Assembly (NCBI GenBank): GCA_963734495.1 | Contig: CAVTHK010000001.1 | Coordinates: forward strand, 736,001 to 800,000 | Direction: 5' to 3' | Source of the DNA: an uncultured Spirochaetota bacterium | GTDB taxonomy: Bacteria > Spirochaetota > Spirochaetia > SZUA-6 > CAVTHK01 | DNA: 64,000 bases | Shown: in pieces, positions 57,618 through 64,000 of the stretch | Numbering within the stretch: position 1 is the stretch's first letter | Layout: each line of letters starts with the position of its first letter | Notes under the pieces: model-generated | What the model was told of the DNA's origin: nothing | Databases searched by the model: none | The model's input: the letters and a program-made list of their open reading frames with translations, nothing else | Made by a program: the position numbers and the translations under genes

Positions 57618-59837
57618 TCACTGGCCGACCGTCTTCTCGGTCAGCCCTTCGTCGCGAACCACGAGCCGCATGAGACCGAACGCCGCCAGCACGATCAGGA
57701 TGAGAGCCGTTGCGAGAACGCTGGCGAGGCCGAATCGCAGGAGCTCGGAGAAGTTGTAGATCTGGACCGTCAGGTGGTACCAGCGCGCGGAGATCAGGAA
57801 GATGATGGCGCTCACGGCGGTCATCGAGCGGACGAACGTGTAGGACATGCTGGAGATGAAGGCCGGCCTGATCAGCGGGAGGACGATGGTGCGGAAGACC
57901 GTAGGCGAGTCCGCGCCGAGGTCCTGGGCGGCCTCCTCGATCGACGGGTCGATCTGCCGCAGCGAAACCGCTCCAGTCTCGAGGCCGACCGGAAGCTCCC
58001 TGATCACGTAGTTGATCACGATGATCGCCGCGGTCCCGACGAGCAGGAGCGGAGGCCTGTTGAACGCCAGGATGTAGCTGATGCCGATCAGGGTCCCCGG
58101 CACGGCGAAGGGCGTGATCATCAGCGCTTCGAGCAGACGCTTTCCGAAAAAGGTCCTGCGGACCACGACCAGCGCCGCGATCATCGCGAGGATCCCGGCG
58201 ATCGGCGTGGCGACGGCCGCGAGCGTCACCGTGTCCGCGATGGCCTTGGCGCCCCGGCTCAGGGCTTCGCCGATGTTTTCGAGGGTGAAGCTGTAATCGA
58301 TCCCCCAGTTCTTCACGAAGCAGCCGGCGGCAATCGTCCCGTAGAGCGCAACGATGAAGAGGATGCAGAGCCCGACAAACACGGCAAGGGCGGCTCGAAC
58401 CGGGCCGGAGGCGAGCTCCGTGAGCCTGGTCGACGGCTTGCCCGTGACCGTGACGAAGCTCTTCCTGCTGACCCAGTAACGCTGGGCGAAGAACGCGGTG
58501 AGCGTCGGCAGAAGCAGGAGGAGGGAGAGGGCGGCCCCCCCGCCGAGGTTGTTGCGCCCCGTGACCTCCATGTAGGCCTCTGTGGACAGGACACGGTACG
58601 AGCCGGAGAGGAGCAGCGGGTTGGCGAAATCCGCGAGCGAGTTGGTGAACACCAGCAGCCACGCCGAGAGGATGCCGGGCATGGCCAGCGGAAGCGTGAT
58701 GGTCATGAAGGTGCGCAGCCGCGAGGCGCACAGGTCGAGGGCCGCGTCCTCCACCGTCGAATCGATCGCCTTGAGCACGCTGGAAAGCGTGAGGTAGGCG
58801 ATGGGGAACATGCCGATGGTCTGCACGATCACGAGGCCGTTGAGGCCGTAGATCGAAAAATGCTCGAGGCCCAGGAGCCTTCTCGTGATGAGACCGTTGT
58901 TTCCGAAGAGGAGGATGATGCTCAGGGTCAGGGAAAAGGGCGGCGAGATGACCGGAAGCGTCGCCATGGTGCCGATGACCTTCTTGCCGCCCACCGATGT
59001 GCGCTCGGTCAGGAAGGCGAACAGGAACCCCACGATGGTGGAGAAGGTCGCGGTGAGCAGGCCCAGGCGCACCGAGCCCCAGAGGGCGGCGAGGTAGTTT
59101 GCCGACAGGACCGTCTTCCAGACGTCGAGCGAGAGCGCTCCGTTCGCGATGAACGTGAGGCGCACCGATTCGAGCATGGGGTAGGCCACGAAGACGATGA
59201 CGACCACGAAGAGGCCAAGGATGGCGAACCCCATGAAGGGGTCGCGGGCGAAAGCGAGGACGGCATAGATCGCCAGGAAGAGCACCGCGGCGACGACAGC
59301 GAGGCCCGCGACAAGACGCTCCATGTCGGCTCCGGCCGAGCCCGAGGAAAGGATGACGAGGGCGCCCCTGGACGACGAGCCGCTCTCGTCCGGAACCGGA
59401 GCGAAATAGACCCTGCCGCTCGTCGCGGGGCGCTTCCCCGCGGCCGGGAGCGAGTAACTGCCCCTGGAAATGAAGGGCTCGAAATACTGGACGCTCTCGA
59501 GCCCTTTCTTGAAGTCCGCGGTCTCGGCGTTCTTCTCGGCAAGCGCCGCGAGGGCCGGCTCGCCGCTCGCGGCGAGATAGGCCCCGCTCGCGGGGTCGAT
59601 GGGGAGATACAGCGCGAGGGAGCCGGGCAGGAACTGGTCCGTCGTCCTGAGCCAGTCGGCGATCAGGGGGGGATCGACGGGCGCGGTCCTGGCGAAGAGA
59701 CCGATCTCCCTGAAGCGGGTCTCCGCCATGATGGACCGGAACTTGTCGCGGATGGACGAGAATATCCAGAAGTCCGCGATCAGAAAGGCGGCCGCCACGA
59801 TCAGCAGCCGCCTGATCTTTCGCCGCTGCAGGACCAG
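57618..59837 (-). CDS. Fe(III)/AfuB-type ABC permease with N-terminal extracytoplasmic extension (start uncertain)
   Basis: Two EAA loops (VEDAALDLCAS, IEEAAQDLGAD), LADFANP; frame open upstream of GTG 59798. Confidence 0.88.
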   Translation of the reverse strand: MVLQRRKIRRLLIVAAAFLIADFWIFSSIRDKFRSIMAETRFREIGLFARTAPVDPPLIADWLRTTDQFLPGSLALYLPIDPASGAYLAASGEPALAALAEKNAETADFKKGLESVQYFEPFISRGSYSLPAAGKRPATSGRVYFAPVPDESGSSSRGALVILSSGSAGADMERLVAGLAVVAAVLFLAIYAVLAFARDPFMGFAILGLFVVVIVFVAYPMLESVRLTFIANGALSLDVWKTVLSANYLAALWGSVRLGLLTATFSTIVGFLFAFLTERTSVGGKKVIGTMATLPVISPPFSLTLSIILLFGNNGLITRRLLGLEHFSIYGLNGLVIVQTIGMFPIAYLTLSSVLKAIDSTVEDAALDLCASRLRTFMTITLPLAMPGILSAWLLVFTNSLADFANPLLLSGSYRVLSTEAYMEVTGRNNLGGGAALSLLLLLPTLTAFFAQRYWVSRKSFVTVTGKPSTRLTELASGPVRAALAVFVGLCILFIVALYGTIAAGCFVKNWGIDYSFTLENIGEALSRGAKAIADTVTLAAVATPIAGILAMIAALVVVRRTFFGKRLLEALMITPFAVPGTLIGISYILAFNRPPLLLVGTAAIIVINYVIRELPVGLETGAVSLRQIDPSIEEAAQDLGADSPTVFRTIVLPLIRPAFISSMSYTFVRSMTAVSAIIFLISARWYHLTVQIYNFSELLRFGLASVLATALILIVLAAFGLMRLVVRDEGLTEKTVGQ

Positions 59838-59850
59838 GGGCTCCTCCGGG

Positions 59851-60846
59851 CTACCTGCGGGAGCCTATTTCATCCGTCCAGCGCTTGACGAGCCGGTCCT
59901 TGTTGGCGCCGTCCCACTGCAGGTCCTGCTCCAGCGCGTTGACTGCGGACAGGGGCAGCGCCTTGGGGTGGCGGGGAGCACCCGGCGCGACCAGGAGCAC
60001 GAAGTACCGCGCGAAGATCTCCTGGCTCGACTTCCCGAGGATCCAGTCGTAGAGCTTCTTCGCGTTGACCGACTCCTTGCCTCCCTTGATCAACGACATG
60101 GAGGCCAGCTCGAAACCGGACCCCTCGGAGGGCGCCGTGATCGTCGCGTCAACTCCCTGGCTGAGCATCTTGACCTGGTCGTGCGCGTAGCCGATGCCGA
60201 TGGGGATCTCGCCGATGGCGACGCTCGCGGCGTATGCCGCGCCCGAGCGCGTGTACTGGTCCACGTTCACATCGAGCTTCTTGAGGTAGTCGAAGACCTT
60301 GTTCTCGTCGCCCTTGAAGACGTAGCGAAGGGTCGTGATGATGTTGTACGCGGTGCCCGACGTGCTGGGATTGGAGACGCGGATGTACCCCTTGTACTCG
60401 GGCTTGAGCAGGTCGGCCCAGCTCGTGGGCGGCTTCAGGCCGAGCTCCTTGGCCCTCTTGTTATTGGTGAAGAAGGTAAGCGGGCCGATGTAGAGGCCGA
60501 TCCAGTAGTTCTCCGGATCGCGGTACATCGCGGGAATGGTGTCCGCCACGCGCGACTTGTACGGCGTCGTGAGACCCTTGATCTTGCCGGTGATGTGATC
60601 GAGGCCGACTCCTCCCACCCAGATGGACGCGCGAGCATTCTCCTTTTCTGCCTCCATGCGCGCGATCGCTTCGCCGCCCGACAGGCGCACGAAGTTGACC
60701 TTGATGCCGGTCTCTTCCTGGAACTTCGCGAAGAGCTCCTTTGCCAGGGCCTCGTCGCACGAGGCATAGACGCTCACCGCCTCCTGGGCCCACAGGGCGG
60801 TCGCCGCCACGAGGCACAACGCCGCAACGAAAACGACGCGTTTCAT
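59851..60846 (-). CDS. Fe(III)/AfuA-type ABC substrate-binding protein
   Basis: SD AAGGAGG, signal peptide, PTSWADLL, NPSTSGTAY, IGIGYAHD, PSEGSGFE. Confidence 0.9.
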   Translation of the reverse strand: MKRVVFVAALCLVAATALWAQEAVSVYASCDEALAKELFAKFQEETGIKVNFVRLSGGEAIARMEAEKENARASIWVGGVGLDHITGKIKGLTTPYKSRVADTIPAMYRDPENYWIGLYIGPLTFFTNNKRAKELGLKPPTSWADLLKPEYKGYIRVSNPSTSGTAYNIITTLRYVFKGDENKVFDYLKKLDVNVDQYTRSGAAYAASVAIGEIPIGIGYAHDQVKMLSQGVDATITAPSEGSGFELASMSLIKGGKESVNAKKLYDWILGKSSQEIFARYFVLLVAPGAPRHPKALPLSAVNALEQDLQWDGANKDRLVKRWTDEIGSRR

Positions 60847-60956
60847 CGTGATCCTCCTTTTCAGGCTGCTATTCTCCCGCTTTTTCGAGGCACTTTCAAC
60901 CTGCGGCGGGGTGCACATGCGCGGGGCGCGTGCGCAAGGGGACCGTGGACCCCTCG

Positions 60957-61640
60957 TCAGCCCTGCGCCGCGAACGCCTCAGACAGACAGGACGCCACCG
61001 CGCGCAGGTTCGGGAACACGCGGTCCGCCAGGGCGACCGTCTCCGGGGAAGGCGCCTTGATGTCGGGGATCAGGAACGCCCGCATCTGGGCGTTCGTGGC
61101 GGCGAGAATTCCCATGTCGGAATCCTCGAGCACGAGGCATCGGGACGGGCTCACGCGCAGGCGTTCGGCGGCCAGCAGGAAGATGTCGGGAGCGGGCTTC
61201 CCGTGCTTCACTTCGTCGCCGCACACGACGACGTCGAACTGCTGTGAAAGCTGAGCCCCTGACAGAAGCGCTTCCGCCCGGGATCGTTCGGTGGAGGTCG
61301 CAACCGCTCTGAGCACCCCGCGGCCGGCGAGCACGTCGAGGAGCTCCGCCAGGCCATCCTTGACGGGCACCCCGTGCCGTTCGATCGCCTCCGCGGCATA
61401 GCGGAGGCGCAGCGGCCGCACTCGATCGTAGTCGAAGGACGGGCCGAGGACCTGCTCGAAGTACGCGCGGGCGCTCCTCACATCCCGCCCGACCGTCTCG
61501 ACGACTACCGACAGCGGGATCTCGCACCCGCAATCCGCCCCGGCGCGCATCCAGGCGTCGACGGCGATGCGCTCGGTGTCGAGCATGAGGCCGTCCATGT
61601 CGAAGATCACGGCCGAGAGGCCGCGCCCCGGTTGTCCCAT
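60957..61640 (-). CDS. HAD-superfamily phosphatase (beta-PGM-like)
   Basis: FDMDGLMLDTE, ATST, KPAPDIF, LEDS..G. Confidence 0.92.
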   Translation of the reverse strand: MGQPGRGLSAVIFDMDGLMLDTERIAVDAWMRAGADCGCEIPLSVVVETVGRDVRSARAYFEQVLGPSFDYDRVRPLRLRYAAEAIERHGVPVKDGLAELLDVLAGRGVLRAVATSTERSRAEALLSGAQLSQQFDVVVCGDEVKHGKPAPDIFLLAAERLRVSPSRCLVLEDSDMGILAATNAQMRAFLIPDIKAPSPETVALADRVFPNLRAVASCLSEAFAAQG

Positions 61641-61647
61641 GGCGGGC

Positions 61648-61676
61648 AACCTAACGGGGGATGCGGCGGCAGTCAA
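61648..61676 (-). promoter_or_regulatory. Leaderless sigma70-type promoter for the HAD gene
   Basis: TTGACT-17 nt-TAGGTT-7 nt-ATG. Confidence 0.6.
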
Positions 61677-61692
61677 CCGCCGCGCAAAGTCC

Positions 61693-62676
61693 TCAGGGCA
61701 TGTCGACGACGACCTTGAGCGCGCCGTCCTCGCGGCTGTGAGCGAGCTCGTACGCCTCCGCGACGCGCGTGAGGGGGAAGTGGTGCGTGACCATGCCGCT
61801 CGCGTCGACCTCGCGCGAGGCGAGCAGCTCCAGGGCCAGGCGGAAATGCCACTTGTCCGGCTCGTAGGAGGAGCGGCCGGTGCTGTGGGTGGTGCAGTAC
61901 TTGCGGAACAGCGTCCAGTAGTCGAGCGGGAAACCCGCGGCATGGGGGACGCCGAAGAACTGGATCCTCCCGCCGACGCGCACGAGAGCGATGGCGAGGT
62001 TGATCCCGGAGGGCTCGCCGCAGGCCTCCACCACGAGGTCCGGCAGCTCGCCGCCGGTGATCGCCTTGACGGCGGTCACGGCTTCGGTGGCACCCAGCCG
62101 GGAGTTGTCGATCGAGTGAGTGGCACCGAAGCGAAGGGCGGCCCGCACGCGCGCCTCCGCGAGGTCGAGCGCGATCACCCGGGCAGCGCCGAGCCTGCGG
62201 AGCACGCTGTCCCAGAACAGGCCCGCCGACCCCTGGCCGATGACGGCCGCGGTGCGCCCGACCATCGGCGGGAGGAATCTGGCCGCGTACAGCACGGTCC
62301 CCAGCTGCTGCGCCATCAGCAGCTCGTCGTCGGGCGCGCCCGGCGGGAGCGGGAGCACGCACGCCGCGGGGGCGGCGACCTTCTCCATCATCGAGTTCTC
62401 TTCAGGGGAGAGGACGAGCGCGCGCTGGCCGACGCGGATCGAGTCCGCGCCGTTGACAGCCTCCACCGTGCCGATCAGCTCATGCCCAGGGGCCCCTACG
62501 GGCAGCGGAAGGTCCTGGGGCTGCGGGTAGTAGAGGCGGCGCAGGTCGCTTCCGCAGAGCGCGACGCGCTCGATGCGCACGAGCGCCTGGCCGGCCTGCG
62601 GGACCGGGCTCGGGACGTCGACCAGCTCGACCCGGCCGATTCCGGGGCTCCTGAGGGCCTTGATCACAGCCACCAC
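61693..62676 (-). CDS. Zn-dependent medium-chain dehydrogenase
   Basis: CGSD, GHE..G, GQGSAG, VVEACG; lacks the 4-Cys structural Zn loop. Confidence 0.88.
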   Translation of the reverse strand: MVAVIKALRSPGIGRVELVDVPSPVPQAGQALVRIERVALCGSDLRRLYYPQPQDLPLPVGAPGHELIGTVEAVNGADSIRVGQRALVLSPEENSMMEKVAAPAACVLPLPPGAPDDELLMAQQLGTVLYAARFLPPMVGRTAAVIGQGSAGLFWDSVLRRLGAARVIALDLAEARVRAALRFGATHSIDNSRLGATEAVTAVKAITGGELPDLVVEACGEPSGINLAIALVRVGGRIQFFGVPHAAGFPLDYWTLFRKYCTTHSTGRSSYEPDKWHFRLALELLASREVDASGMVTHHFPLTRVAEAYELAHSREDGALKVVVDMP

Positions 62677-62691
62677 CTCACAGCCGCCCCT

Positions 62692-64000
62692 TCACAGCCA
62701 CCACCGGGTCCAGGCGCCCAGCCTCCTGTGCGCCTTGACGATCACGAGCGGCCTGCGGCAGCGGCGCGCGATCGCTTCGGGCATCGAAAGCGAGCCGAAG
62801 CGGGGCACCAGCAGCTCCCTGACGCCGAGGACGACGAGGTCGTAGCGCGGCGCCCGGCGGATCACGGCGCGGGACATGTCGGAGACCGTGGCGGTCTGCG
62901 TGCGCAGCTCCACCGTGTGCAGGTCCGTGCGGGCCAGGAGCTGGTCGAACTTCTTGCGGATCTGCTTGCGGCCGCCCCAGCTGCGCGGCAGCAGCGCCTT
63001 GATGCGGCCGCCTTCGGTCTCGGCCATCAGAACCGCCGTGCGAAGTGCCAGCACGTCGCTCGGGCTGCCGAAGATCGGCACGAGGATGTTCCTGAAGACC
63101 CTGTCGCCGCAGTCCTTGAAGACGACGACGTCGCAGGGCGCGCGGGCGAGCACGGGGTCGAGGGTGCTGCCGATGCGGGACTTCTGCCCGCGGTTCTGGC
63201 CGTGCCAGCCGAGGACGAGCGTGCGTACCTTGCGCTCGCGCACCGCGCTCACGATCCCGCGGGCGATGTTGCGGCAGTAGCGCACCGTCGTCGTTACGGG
63301 GTAGCGCGAGTACAGGTAGAGCATCGCCTCGACCAGGCCTTCCTTGCCTTCCTTCATGTAGGCCTTGGCGTCCGAGAGCGAGACCGGCGCCGGGGCCGGC
63401 ACCATGTGCAGCAGCTGCATGCGCGTGTCGGTCTCCGCGCACAGCCGCACGGTGCTGCCGACCAGGGATAGGGCGTTCTGCGGGTTGGAGATCGCGATCA
63501 TCAGGTCGTTGCCCTTGCCCGGCTGCGGCGCGACCCCCGTCTCCTCCAGCACGAGGCCCTCGTCCGGGGCCGGCAGCGCGTGGTGCTGCGAGTACAGCCG
63601 GTACACGAGGAGGCCCGCGAGGATCCAGACCTGCGGCAGGAGCCACGCGAGCCTGCTCACGCGGGCCAGCGCCAGGCCGAGGAAGATGTGCACGACCAGC
63701 GCCACGATCTGCGGCACCGGGAAGGCCGGGCGTGATGAAGCCGTAGCGCAGCTCGTGGCCCGCGCTCGAAGCGGGCGCGGATCGCCGCCAGGTTCACCAC
63801 GGAAAAGACGAGCAGGAACATCAGGCTCGCGCCCGCGGCCAGGTCCGTCAGCGGCACCAGCAGCGTCGCGGGAATCACGATCGCCGCGGTGACGGCGAGC
63901 GCTCCCACCGGCGTGCCGCCGCTCGGGGAAAGCTGGGAGACCAGCGAAGGGAGCATCCGGTCGCGGCCCAGGGCGTAGGCGCTGCGCGCGGCCGAGGCGA
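62692..64000 (-). CDS. Amino-acid permease (APC) fused to C-terminal universal stress (USP) domains; 5' end outside window, frameshift near 63720-63770
   Basis: R.AYALGRDRMLP..TP..A, TM helices, then USP motifs (LVLGW, GSTLDPVLARAPCDVVVFK, YDLVVLG). Confidence 0.8.
   Translation of the reverse strand, partial: RLGRAQRLRPGPRPDAPFAGLPAFPERRHAGGSARRHRGDRDSRDAAGAADGPGRGREPDVPARLFRGEPGGDPRPLRARATSCATASSRPAFPVPQIVALVVHIFLGLALARVSRLAWLLPQVWILAGLLVYRLYSQHHALPAPDEGLVLEETGVAPQPGKGNDLMIAISNPQNALSLVGSTVRLCAETDTRMQLLHMVPAPAPVSLSDAKAYMKEGKEGLVEAMLYLYSRYPVTTTVRYCRNIARGIVSAVRERKVRTLVLGWHGQNRGQKSRIGSTLDPVLARAPCDVVVFKDCGDRVFRNILVPIFGSPSDVLALRTAVLMAETEGGRIKALLPRSWGGRKQIRKKFDQLLARTDLHTVELRTQTATVSDMSRAVIRRAPRYDLVVLGVRELLVPRFGSLSMPEAIARRCRRPLVIVKAHRRLGAWTRWWL

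Overview
GC-rich bacterial window, probably from a Spirochaetota-type organism (inferred from solute-binding-protein signal peptide style, a DUF6675-like gene and a Gx-transporter/NusG-II pair). It holds about 50 mostly metabolic, transport and envelope genes: sugar, glycerol-3-phosphate and Fe(III)-type ABC systems, xfp phosphoketolase, GH1, RND efflux, lemA/TPM and superoxide reductase. No rRNA, intact tRNA or CRISPR array is visible. Many single-base frameshifts in conserved genes look like sequencing or assembly error. Two regions stand out. (1) 17.4-22.9 kb, possibly extending to 26.7 kb: a compact candidate synthase-dependent exopolysaccharide system. A processive GT2 is co-transcribed with a membrane-anchored PIG-L de-N-acetylase, an ATP-grasp ligase and a lipoprotein TIM-barrel hydrolase, opposite a TPR/beta-barrel exporter. 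A Wzi-like barrel and a diguanylate cyclase with a duplicated I-site lie nearby. (2) About 1.9-10.7 kb: a decaying island bracketed by a ~64-bp imperfect direct repeat. It contains unannotated tyrosine-recombinase and phage HNH-HTH remnants and a deletion that fuses an ABC permease to a GH32 fragment. All family assignments are from motif recognition only; no searches were run.
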